Made by a program: the position numbers and the translations under genes. Below are positions 38,701 through 52,100 of a stretch of DNA of 64,000 nt, in pieces. The stretch is from Azolla caroliniana (lineage: Eukaryota > Plantae > Polypodiophyta): contig JBHGNT010000005.1 of assembly GCA_043228905.1 (NCBI GenBank), positions 248,001-312,000 of the forward strand, read 5' to 3'. Position 1 is the stretch's first letter. Each line of letters starts with the position of its first letter. The notes beneath the pieces are model-generated. The model was not told where the DNA came from and made no database searches. It saw nothing but the letters and a program-made list of their open reading frames with translations.

Positions 38701-41700
38701 ACCATGCTTCTAATCTCGGAAAGAGTGACTTCAAGTATATATAGTCAACACTATCTCTCAATGGTATTGAATGTTCCAACCATGCTGACAAATATTCTGA
38801 GGGTAGCAAACAATACACACATGATAAGGTAAATAAAACATATTAATAAATACGAAATAATCAGAAAAAAGAGGATAAATTAAAAGCAAAATGCACATGA
38901 AACATCTCGGTGTTGAGGAGAAACAAAGTTTTCTATTATAAGATATGAATAATATTATACATAACCCTAATGTGGCCTTCTTACATTTGGATATACCTAA
39001 GTAACAAATACATCCGCTAGTACGTTTACATGTGTATAATCAGTCCTTCCTCAGAAATATATCATCAAGCAAGTTTACATGTCAGTCCATCTTCAACACC
39101 TTCATCTTCCTATGTCTCTATATGCTCAGCATAGAGTGAACATTCATATAGTACCTTTAAGCATTAAAACCTCCCTCACTGGGCCACAAACTATGGTGCT
39201 CACTACTCCACTAGAGGTAGTTAGACGGCAAACGAGAAGGAAAGAAAGAAAATTTAAGGTCTCGAAGAGGGGGCCAGAATGACATAAGAGCCAACAAGAG
39301 ATTACATCTTGGAGAACTAAAGAAATGAGTAAAAACTGTCTATGGTATAGTAGCTATCACACAACCATTTCGCTGAGGGTATGACAAGTTGAGTGAAATG
39401 CATAGAGAGAGATACCTTGGATTACTAGGAATAGAGTTGGTGGGTTTCCATTGTTTGTGTGTTGCAGAATAAATTCATCTGGAACCTTGCTGTTGAAATG
39501 AAAAAACAAATTAGATGTATATTTTATTTTACATGGGTATATCATATAGCAAACTTACCTGCGAGCCTCCTTCCCGAGAATTTGCTCACGTGGAATCCAT
39601 CCATTCACATTTATCAAATCAAGCCAATTGGCAATAATTTCCATGCTTATATTCTTATCCCATCGCCTGTGAAGAAGAGTAAAAAATACACACTACCATT
39701 CCATGAAAATTTTGGATGTGCAAAACTCTTGTGGGCTCGAAGAAATTGGCAATGCAATTGGAATCATAACCAGAACTCATATTAGCACATACATACAATA
39801 TATTTTATCTGCAAATAGACTTTGTATATGTACTGCATCATGACCTTCAAATTGTTGTTTTATGGACGATTGTTTATGAGTCAAACCTTATAACCAGTTG
39901 ATGAAATCCCTCATCCCAAAGAAAGCCACGTGGAAACATAGAACGGCTTGGAACAGCAGTGTACAGAGATGCAGGCCAATAAAGCCAATACTCCTCAGAA
40001 TTGCTCGCCTGCAAATGTAGAATCCAGAATCATAAGCAATTGAGCCTCAGTTTTGAGCTATTTTTTGATTAATTTACATTCTCAACTATCTCCATTTTCC
40101 ATCTGCCTCGTCGACGTTTTCTCGAAGTTTAGAGTATTAGAGATTTCTCAAAATTTTAGTCTATCTATGTTAAGCGTCTTAAGTTCTTGGATATGTGCAT
40201 TATGTTTAGTGGTATCTATTTTTGTTTGATGTTCTCAAAGACAAGAAAACATTGTCAGATGTAATCTCTTGTTTGGTCCTATTGGTCATATAGGCCACGT
40301 TGGCCTCTAGAGGCCTTAATATAGCTTTCTTTCTTTCTTCTATGAGATCAATGGTGAAAGCAATATTATATAGAAATATCTTTGGCTATTTGTGTATATG
40401 TGATATCGATATATGATGTTACATAATATTTAATTATATATGAATTGATACTTGTTTGCTCACGTAAGCATGGTAATTGGACCTAGGTCCAGGGTCGAAT
40501 ACATGTTTACTTGAAGAAATGCCAGAAGTAATGACATAGTTAAATTTAATCATTGATAAATTTCCATCTTGATATCAATATCAATGGTGTTTGTTAACAC
40601 CTCAAAGCAAGTAACCAAAGATAAATGTCTGCTAATCAAGCTTCTTAACACTAAAGCTTAAAATGTAATTATGAGTAACCAGAACTCAGGTTTCGTTCTA
40701 CTGAAAGTGCCTGTCCTATGAAAAGATCCACAGTATCATCCAATATAGATGGCAGCAGTGATGTCCTGTACGAAGAGCAAATGCTCTAGTTGCTGTCACT
40801 CCTCTAAATCATAACTACACTTAGGTCATAATTTTTGCTTGTACATCACAAGAAATGTTCTCATAGTATCTGTGCTGAAAAAAACAGTAAAAGTTCTCTG
40901 CAACGTGGGTCAATTGGGGAATACAATTGTCTTTATTAGTTCTTACTAAACTAATACAGAAATGGATGAATCCTTACAGTTAACATCTCCCCATGATATT
41001 GATTTGGCCTAAAATATGGGTTAATTGAAGTTGCAAAACATCAATTTTTGGAACTAAACAGCTTTTCTTCCTTAAAGGAACTGCAAAAGCAGTTTCCTCC
41101 CAAATAAATTTGTGTCATGCTTATAATGGTAAAGGATACCTTGTTAACCATAATGCTGAAAGTCTGGTATAGACATAGGTGAGCTGAAGTTGTAACCTAA
41201 GAATAAGCATGTAAGACAAAGATCCAGTGCAGGACAGAATTTCATCTTGGGAAAGACATTCTCAAGTTGATATACAGGATAAATTTTATTAATTAACAGA
41301 TAAGGTATTGTATGGTTAAAATAAAAGGACCCTACAACATAATTTCTTATCTTCTATTTCCCAGGATGCGATATATAAAAAGTAATTACAGGGACCATTG
41401 CATTACTTGGCCACGCAAGTCTATTTATCTAGGAATCTCAATTTTATGAAATGCAAAACACAGTGATATGTGCAAGACGCTTCAAACATCAACAATTGGC
41501 ACTTTTGTTAGTGGCTCTGTCTCTGATAACTGGTATAGATTAAATCTTGCTATATAAAATGTTTGCAATCTTTACTTGAAAGTCCGAAGGAACTGCAATG
41601 CGTGATCGACCAAAAAAATAACCAATCCCACCAAATAAATTGCTTAGTGCAGCTTTTCCAACCTCAATATACCTGTCATCAAGAGCCTACACACATTTGA

Positions 41701-44700
41701 TTTAATACCAAAGACACAACATGATCTGTAACATAGCATGTTTTCAGGACCATACTATGCCATCTTTGTTTTACCTTGTCTCTAAGTCCAAAGGTTCTTT
41801 CAAATCGTCGATTGAAAGAAACCTCTTTTTCTTCTATTTCATGACTAAGTTCAATTCCTACAAATGCAATCTAAAAAACATTAGAAATAAATTCCTGGAT
41901 CTTAACATAAATATTATGAAAGCTCATGCAAACAGCTAAGTATTTTCATCATGTTGAAGATATTTCAGCAAGTATAGACATTGTAGATTGCTAGAGGTCC
42001 TAACCTGTTTCTGGTCTCCATTGAAATAGATAGGCATCCATGAAAATTTGAAAGTTGTTTTAAGTTTCACATGCCTAGCTAAAATGCAAGCATAGAAACA
42101 TCATATTAAAGTAGTGTACCTGAAAGTTTTACCACTCGTGCTTGGATTTCACTAATATTTACACTGACAGTAGATACATATACAAAGTCTATAGTAAATG
42201 GTACCCTGCCGTTGAACTGAACAAAAGAACTGAATAAGTATGAAATTACAAGTAACCAAACACAATTGACTTTTATTACTACACTTCCTCATTAGGTAAA
42301 TATAAAGAAGACAGATCCAGACCTGAAAAACTGCAACATTAGGCGATATTTGAGCAGCATCAGGAAGTTGTGGGTTCCCAGTTCTTCTCGCCTGTTGTAG
42401 AAATATACAGTCTAAATGTAAAAAGTCCATGATTATTCAGTAAACAAACAAAACAAATGCTTGATGTATCAAGCATAAAATGATTGGCAGAATCACGTTA
42501 CTAGAGGTGAACATGTTAAACATATTATTTACCTGATGCTGCAGAGTTTGAGAAACTAATTCAGTCATGTTATGCATATGTAATGTTGAATAACCAGCAA
42601 AATGTATCTCTTCATCACTCTGTAAAATCATCACATGCCTTAAATTTCATTATAAAATGTTCAAGAGGATACCTAAAAAACATAAAATTGGTATAGTGAT
42701 AGAAATTTAAAAAAATTTAAGGCATCAAATTTTCCACCCAGTTTTGTTAAGATATCATAAAAATTTAATCATTATTAAATTAATCATGTAACCTCTCAAT
42801 CAAGCCATCTAGACCCTAATAGACACAGAGTGTAAATCATAATTAAAATTATGTAGAGGAAACAGTTTTGGAGTCAATTCCTAATTTATGATATAGATAC
42901 TTTACTTCATACAATAATACCAGTTACAATAACATTGGAGGCAAATAGAATCTCACGAATTACTTCTCCATTTTTACAACGGCCTTCCATAAAAATGTCA
43001 TGGGAAACTTGCTTTGCAAAATACACATGAAGAATAAACAATCTCACCACCCCTAATGCATAAAGAGCCCAATTGCCCACGCTCTTTTTCTTTCCTGCAA
43101 CAAGGCTGCGCTGAGCTCCAAATGTCCAGTCTTTCGGCCAGAGATTTAATGGATTATCAGCTTCATCAGCCATATAGAACAGCAATGGTATTACTCTTTC
43201 AGGAGCATGTTGGTTGCTGTAACACAAGATAAATACAGATTACAATGCAATTCTGTAAAAGAAAAAAATAAACCAATCTCCAAGTGTATAGCATCAAAAG
43301 TCAACGAGTTTTGACTTAATGGAGGGGTAGGATGCAGCACATTCTTTTCATAAGGACTGTGATGGTGCATTGGATCAGCTTAAGCCTGAACATTTGTCAA
43401 ATGCTGCACAGAATAATCTGAATAAGAAAGTGGTTGCATACATTAAAATTCTTGTATCATATGAAATTTGGACCTTAAATGTCTAACAAAGTTTATGATG
43501 TATGGAAAACGTTCAAAGGCCAAATATCAGAATACTATTCCAGTGGATCAAAGTGCTATTGATGAGGGAATTGAGGACAAAGCAATTGGAAGAATCAAAA
43601 AGTGGAACAGAACATATTGCTTCCTTCTTTAGCATCCTTTCACAATTGCAAGATTCTGTTCTACATGCCTTTGATGCCATATTTCTGTTGAAGACATTTC
43701 TTGATTCTTGGGAGTCATTGATTGTCTCACTTCAAAATAATCTTAATCTCACTTTTGATGGTACTAAGAGGTTCTATTTTTAATAACAGGATCAGAGGCG
43801 GGTTAGTGGAGAATGTGGTCGATCAGCCATGAAGATTTGACAGAAAGAAATATATATCAACATCTTTTAAGAGGCCAAAATAGCTGAGATTACACAGAAT
43901 AGGAACGAACGCAAAGGTAAACAATGTGATGTGAACATGCTATCAATGTGGTATAAAGGTGACAAGAAAGCAGGTTGTAGGTATTTTAAGAGGGGGCAAG
44001 GTAAGATGCACATCACAATGCTATGGCGAAAGAAAGAGTAACCGTTACCTCCAATATAGTCATTGAGGATTGGTTGGATGATGACAATATACTATGCACA
44101 AGACAAGAGGATCGGTAGATATGACGTGATTGATGCATTGCTCAGTGTGAATGATGGTTTCTCACAAACATGGATAGTAGATTCTGATGCACTGTTTCAT
44201 GTTACTCTTCCGAAAGAGTGTTTTACACTTTTTGTGCTGGCACATATGATACAGTTTTCTCTTGATAATAACCATGCATGTTCCATTGATGGAACTATTC
44301 ACTTCGCCTTCCCTGATGCCCAAAAACTTGTATTGCATGATGTTAGATATGAACCTGGTATAAAAAAAAGTTTGCTTTCTGTGGGTCAACTTGATCTGCA
44401 TGGTTATTGTAGTGCTTCTAGTGGTGGTTAATGGAATTTGACCAAAGCTACATTGTTGATTGTGAAAGATGTAAAAAAAGGGCATGTATTGTTTACATGG
44501 AAAAGCCTTGCCTGCCAGGTGTTTCCTATTGCTGAGATGATTCTCACTTCAATCTTTGGCATGAAAGGCTTGAACATATATATGCACAAAAAAGGGCACA
44601 GAATGAGATATTTGGAAGGGACTAGGCCTAAATGCTTATGGAAAAGGTTCTTTAGAATTGTAGGATTATTGTGATTTAGACATGGTATGCCGGATGACAT

Positions 44701-46031
44701 TGATACTCATAAATCCATTAATGACAGGTGATGCTATTTCATGGTGCTCTAGACATCAAAGGATCGCAGCACTATCCACTATGAGGCTGAATATATTTCA
44801 GTTCCTGAGGCTTCAAAAGAACCTATATGTTTAGCACACATGTAATGAGCTTGGATTGCATACGCAAGTGCCTGTAATACGATATGATAGCCAAAGTTCC
44901 ATATGTTTGGATAAGAATGCCATGTTTCATGCCACAGAAACCATAGTGGTGCAAGATATCATTCCATTCAACAAGTACTTAATAATGACCTAGTATCATT
45001 AACCAAAATTAGTACCCATGAGAACCCTGAAGATGTATTCAGTACAGGCCTATCAAAGGCACAACATGAGCATTTTATTCAAATGGTAGGAGTCACTTCG
45101 ATCAAAAGAGGTTCCATAGTCCTTTAAGTGGGAGGTTGGCACCAACAAGTGTAAACCAGAACGCCGTGCACCAATGTTACTATAATCCTTAACTGTGTGG
45201 ATGATGCATACAATCAGTCATATCTTTTGAATCGCCAAATGATGTTATTTGTTCTACTTTTCAGTAACACGGGCCTGGAAAGGAAACAGAAAAAGGACCA
45301 AACCCCAACACATCATAGATTCTAGAAGTCACCAAATGCCACTATGATGAAAATATATAGCCCAGATTAATGTAAAAATACAGCTTGTTCCATAATACAT
45401 TTTATTCACATGCATCCAACAGCTTATCTGAAACTGGAAACCAGTCAATCTGACTAGCAATGGGCACGGTTCGGGTTCGGTTCGGTTCTCCAAACCATTA
45501 AACCATTAAAAAAAATTGGAACCAATAAACCGTTAAACCATGTCTTAACAGTTCGGTTCGGTTTGAGCCGAAACCGTGCCCATGGCTAAATCTGACATGG
45601 TATGAAACTTAAATTTTATTTAATGAACAGCATACATGCTTGTTATTGTTTTGGTTGAAAGCATACATTATATATTGGCCTAGAAGCTCCATCAGGAAAT
45701 GAAATTTATTTCATGCAGAGATATAAGGATTTGTTATGGGACCAGGTACAAACCTGATGTCCTCAACAGAAATACGAACTGCCCAATCACCACCATATCC
45801 ACTAGATGGAAACGCTTTCTTCACAAATGTAGTTTTCAGCAGTACACTTTTATCAAGAATTTCCTGCAGCATTAAAAAATATCCTCAATACAGAAATGTG
45901 GGTTTTATTGATCTATGGTTGCTAAATCAAAGAAAATGAATCAAGTCAAGTGGACTGGGCTAGGGTGTGCTCTCTCTAAATTCTAAATATACTAGACTAA
46001 GATGTTTTACCATAGGTCACATTTGACAGGC

Positions 46032-46118
<87 letters not shown>

Positions 46119-49100
46119 TATAGTGTCTTTTATCAAATCAGAGGGAGATACCATTGCCTCTTTAAACAAGGCTTTGGCCCACGCAAGGTAATGCAATGTG
46201 AGGACCAACAGTGCCTAGGACTTTTCTTGCTAGAGCTCAAGCAACATCAGGAAAAGTTGTTGAAGAATACAGCCACACAAGCTCATCCACAAAGAACAAT
46301 CACAACTTTCTTTAGCCCCATCACTCCTACTAATGCTACAAGTCAATCACGGGATACACAAATGGGATCCCGACCAAGACATAACAAAGGGGTTACATTT
46401 GATCGAGCAATAGCAATTTGCCGTACACGTAGGCCCTGACCCCATGGACCACGACCTCAACACCCTTGTTATCGACAGATAAAAGCCATTATCTCCCGCC
46501 ACCGCCGGTGCTTCCCTCACTTCAGAGACATTTCCATTCTGGAGCGACCTATGCTAGAGATCTTTCGGAGACAAAAGATACAATATATCTAACTTGAGAA
46601 TCTGGCATGTGCCGAAAACCTTCTTCTTTTTTGTTGTTGTTCTCAAAGACGAGACAACACTTAAGATGTAATCTCTTGTTTGGTCTTATAGACCATTTTG
46701 GCCTCTTAAAAGACGTTAATATTTCTTTCTTTCTTTCTTTCTTTCTCTCTTTGGTTGTGTCTGCACTCTCTCTCTCTCTCTCTCTCTCCCTTTGATTTGT
46801 TCTCAAAGACGAGAAAACATTTAAGATGTAATCTCTTATTCGGTCTTATAGGCCATTTTGGCCTCTTAAAAGACGTTAATATATCTTTCTTTCTTTCTTT
46901 CTCTCTGCGTTTAGGGTTTATGCTCTGCGTTTAGGGTTTTGGCTCTGCGTTTAGGGTTTTGGCTCTGTCTGTCTTTTCTGAAATGTCTGTCCTCTGTGTT
47001 TTCTGCAATGCCTGATCCTGTGCATTCTCTTCCAAATCTGATTTCCTGTATCTTCATCTGTTCCTGTATTCTTTCTGCCCAGTAGTAATTTCTATTCTTT
47101 CTGCCCTCAACATCTGACACCATGGAGTCCGAAGGGACAGACACTGAAAAGATGGATCTTAACACGCATGACGAGGGTCCAGATCTATTGAAGACCACAA
47201 GAAGATATCATAGACGAAAAGGACGGAACCTGAATAGCGTCAAAAGGGCGCATAAGGAACCTAGAACGCAGGCCCCATCCGACATTCCATTCGATGTCGA
47301 AAATGGGAAACATGATCTTTTACGCCATTTGATTGCGCAAGAGATCAACCTTATTAGAGAAGATATCGAAATAGCACTAAAAGAAGAAATGAAAAAGGAG
47401 ATAGAGAAACAGAAATTAGAATTGCACGCCTCTATCAAGGCTGAGTTATTAGAAGAGATGCGGAAAGACATAATAAGCCATGTGGAGAAATCACACTTAG
47501 AGCTCAAGGATGACATGACACAATACCTTAAGGATGAAATATCCTCAAGTAAGGTTGAGTTAGGAGCTATAAAAGTGGATTTCGAAAAAGGACAAGAAGC
47601 AGATGGGAGTCAATATGTCGCCCCCAACCTCGGACACGAGGAAGCACTAGAGGTTCGGGAGGAGTGGCTATGCTATACAAAGAGGAGCTCCATGATAGAG
47701 TGCATGTTATACATAAGGATGTGGATGCACGCTACATGTGGATATGCATAAAAAGAGGGGATCTTAGGGAGCTATATATTGCAATTTGCTACTTTCCACC
47801 TGCCTATTCAAGGTTTGCACCTCTAGGTGAATCACCATATCTACCATTATACGATGATATCATAAGATTTGCTACTATGGGGGATATAATACTATTAGGA
47901 GATTTTAATGCACGAACCAAGGATGAACAAACAACTATATTTAACACCGACGAGGCTGTCTATGGAGAAGTTATGGCGGAAGAGGTTGGTCTAAAGAGAA
48001 AAGCTCAAGATATGAGTACTATAACTGAATATGGAAAACACTTTCTAGCCTTGGGAAGCGCGCATGGACTTGTGATATATAATGGCTTGTCACAATGGCC
48101 TGGATCAAATGCTTTGACATGTTGGAACCCAAAAGGGGGTGCAAGCACAATCGATTATCTAATGGGATCTCCATCTCTTATACCTGAAATAAAAGTGTTC
48201 ACTATATCGGGAAGACCTATTGGCTTGGCAGCTGATCATGCATATCTACGCTTTGAGGTAAAGGATGGATGCACAAGGGATGTATATGCTAAGGAGAGGG
48301 GGCTGGCTAGGTATCTATTCATTCGCGAGACAATTGATGTCTATAGTTGTGGTGTATACAATGGCATGCTAGATTTGGATCCTTTCGCACCCCTTGAAGA
48401 ACTTACCCAAGGTTTATCCAAATCATTGCATAAAGCAGCCACAAAAGCCTTCCCTCACACAACGGCTAACCCCCCCAAACTCGGTAGAGTAATACAAAAT
48501 AGTTTGTATGATGATGAATGTCATGATACAAGGAGATGCTTGCAACGTGATGTAACTCGGGGCATTTATACACACAACCAAGCGAGAGCAACCTTCCAAC
48601 GCCTCGTAAGGAGGAAGAAGAGATTGTATTTGGCTAAATTTGAAGATCATTTGTATCGCTTGTTTCTAGGACGAGAGAGTAAAAGAGCATGGAAACTGTT
48701 TAATGAGAGGCAACCCACCACACAACTAACCTCACCTCAGGTGTGGCACGAATATGCAAAGGTCCTATATGATATCCCGAGGCAACCTCCTCTTCCCCAC
48801 CCGAATGCCTCACACCCACATGAATCAACCTTCTTTACACCACAAAATGTAAGAAATACCATTGATAGGCTACAACTTGGGAAGGCCCAAGATCATGATG
48901 GATTGGTGGGTGAACACTTTATCTATGCCCGTGAAACCTTGCTCCCATTGCTAGCACACATCTTTAATAGAGCCATGTGCGAAGGTTTTCCTACTAGATG
49001 GACTCAGCATACCATTGTGCCAATCCTCAAGAGTGGAGACCCCATGATGCCAACCAACTATAGGACAATCATGATTGGCCATTACTTGGCCAAACTATAT

Positions 49101-52100
49101 GGCTCGATTCTGGAATCAGAATTGAGTATATGGGCAGAGCAAAATGGCTGCCGCTCGATTGGACAGGCAGGCTTTCGGAAGGGTTTCACAACTTTGGATC
49201 AAATATTCACCCTCCGGGCCCTTATTGAGGAGGGCAGAGCCCACAATAAGAGGATTTATTGCTGCTTTGTGGATTTTCGAAAACCCTTTGACACTGTGCC
49301 ACGTGCTCGGCTTATGCAGCAGCTAGAGGCCATTGGTGTTCCTATAGATATGCAATGGGGAATCTATGCACTCTATGAATCTGTTTCAAGAAAAGTTCGG
49401 TCTCCTAAGGGCTTGTCAGAGGCGGTGGCTAGCACAATTGGTCTCTATCCCCCACACTCTTTGGTCTCTATATAGATGAGGTATCACAGTACATAGAGAG
49501 ATTTGGTGGTTCCGGAGCACACCTAGCAGGTATAGCTATACAGATATTACTATATGTTGATGATATTGTGCTGATTTCTAACTCTCCGGAGGGACTACAA
49601 AGACATCTAAATGCCTTAAAACTATTTTGTACGGACAAAGGTTTGTCAATCAACATGAATAAAACTAAAGTGATGGTGTTTAACACCACCCAAGCATGGG
49701 TAACAAGATCAGAACCAGAATTCTTCTTGGGAGAGGAAAAGGTGGAATACACACGCTCCTACACATACCTAGGAGTAACATTTACAGGACCTAGGTTCTC
49801 CTTACAAGAGGCCGCTTGTGCCCGACTTTCTCGTGGATATGCAGCCCTTGGTGCTCTCGAAAGACAATGTGCACATTTGCAGTTCCAAGAGCCACGGACT
49901 AAGCTATGGTTATTTGATACACTTGTCACACCAACTCTTCTCTATGGAGTGGAGACATGGGGACTGAGTCTTAACAAGGCAAATCATTGGAAAGATTTAG
50001 AGAGACCTTTAGTGTCAATGATTGCTCGCATGATAAGGAGCAAAGCATCGGTGCCCCACGATATTATCCGGGCAAAGATGGGAGCAGCACCTATAATAAC
50101 CGAGGCATTGTTCCGATCAGTGACATTTATCCAACGTCTTTGGGAGCTCCCTAAACGAAGGTACCCAAGGTTGGCACTTATGTCATCAAGACAACTGGCT
50201 GAAAATGGAGACACTCATTGTTGGTATGCTGAAATGCAGCAATGGTTCGAGTCACATGGCATGAGTATAAATGCACTACCCCCGTTCCAATATAGCTTGG
50301 ATTGTCCCCATCTCAATATGACCAAAGTGGAAAAGAATAGAGTGATCCGAACTGATATTATTAACTTAGAAAACAAGATAACATGGATCAGCCCCAAAAT
50401 ACCACTTGGTACAAAGATGGCCCACTATAAGACACACTTCTTACATACGTCGGAGGATGGATTTGTCATAAGGCCACCTTATATGGACATACATCTATCC
50501 TATGCGCTGCGTAGTGTGATAGGGCAGCTGCGAACTTCATCACATCAGCTACAGATTGAGGTGGGCAGATATACACGACTACCTCTAGAAGAGAGAATTT
50601 GCCAATTGTGTCATCAAGGAGTGGAATCCGAAGAACACTATGTTTGTCATTGTAGTGTCTTTTATGAAATCAGAGGGAGATACCATTGCCTCTTTAAACA
50701 AGGCTTTGGCCCACTACGCAAGGTAATGGAATATGAGGACCAAAGATGCCTAGGACTTTTCTTGCTCGAGCTCAAGAGACATCGGGAAAAGTTGTTGAAG
50801 AATACAGCCACACAAGCTCATCCACAAAGAACAATCACAACTTTCTTTAGCTCCATCACTCCTAATGCTAGAAGTCAACCCCAGGATACAGAAATGGGAT
50901 CTAGACCAGGATATAACAAAGGGGTTACGATTGATCGGGCAATGGCAATTTGCCGTGCACGTAGGCCCCGGGACTTTTCTTGCTCGAGCTCAAGAGACAT
51001 CGGGAAAAGTTGTTGAAGAATACAGCCACACAAGCTCATCCACAAAGAACAATCACAACTTTCTTTAGCTCCATCACTCCTAATGCTAGAAGTCAACCCC
51101 AGGATACAGAAATGGGATCCAGACCAGGATATAACAAAGGGGTTATGATTGATCGGGCAATGGCAATTTGCCGTGCACGTAGGCCCCGGCCCCATGGACC
51201 ACGACCTCGACACCCTTGTCATCGACAAATAAAAGCCATTATCTCCCGCCATCGTAGGTGCTTCCCTCGCTTTGGAGACATTTCCATTCTGGATCGACCT
51301 ATGATAGAGATCTTTTGGAGACAAAAACTACAATATACCTAACTTGAGAATCTCGCATGTGCCAAAAACCAGATTCTCTCGTCTCTTTTCTTTTCATCTT
51401 ATTTACTTTTATATTTACTGTGTAATATTTACTTTATTTTGATTTGTTCTCAAAGACGAGAAAACATTTAAGATGTAATCTCTTATTCGGTCTTATAGGC
51501 CATTTTGGCCTCTTAAAAGACGTTAATATATCTTTCTTTCTTCTTTCTACTAATGTTACAAGTCAATCAAGGGATACACAAATGGGCTCCCGACTAGGAC
51601 ATAACAAAGGGGTTACGATAGATTTGGCAAAATAAGGTTTTATTATACGACCAAAATATCTAGCTACATTCTGATGAGAATTGACTAGCCACAACCGGTT
51701 TCACGTATGCATTCGGGTGCACAGAAACGAGTAAGGCAATGCACAGACAAAAACGAGTGACACAAGATATTTAATGTGGAAACCCGAACTGGGAAAATAC
51801 CACGTGGAGTTCAAAAACTCCAAAACAAACCATTAAGATAGAGGAGAAGTACAATGAGAAACTCAGAGGCAACGACCTCAAGTTCTCCTTCGTCTGACAG
51901 ACGGCTACAAAGTTACACTCTCACTCTCACTCACAGTTACAGAGGCAACTCCGTTGTTCTAACTATGTCACAATAATAATACATCACCCAATTCATAAGG
52001 TTTGCCCTAGTTGTATTTATACCAATACAACTTTCTGGCCTATTTACAGATATAGCCTATAAGGGGCACATTTAGACTATTTACAATTATAGTCTCCCGA

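Noticed and set aside
46791-51547. Reading the 105-bp direct repeats as true LTRs or a giant TSD
   Set aside because: No TG..CA ends, PBS, PPT or integrase; the repeat is the LINE's own 3' end, found dispersed elsewhere in the window.
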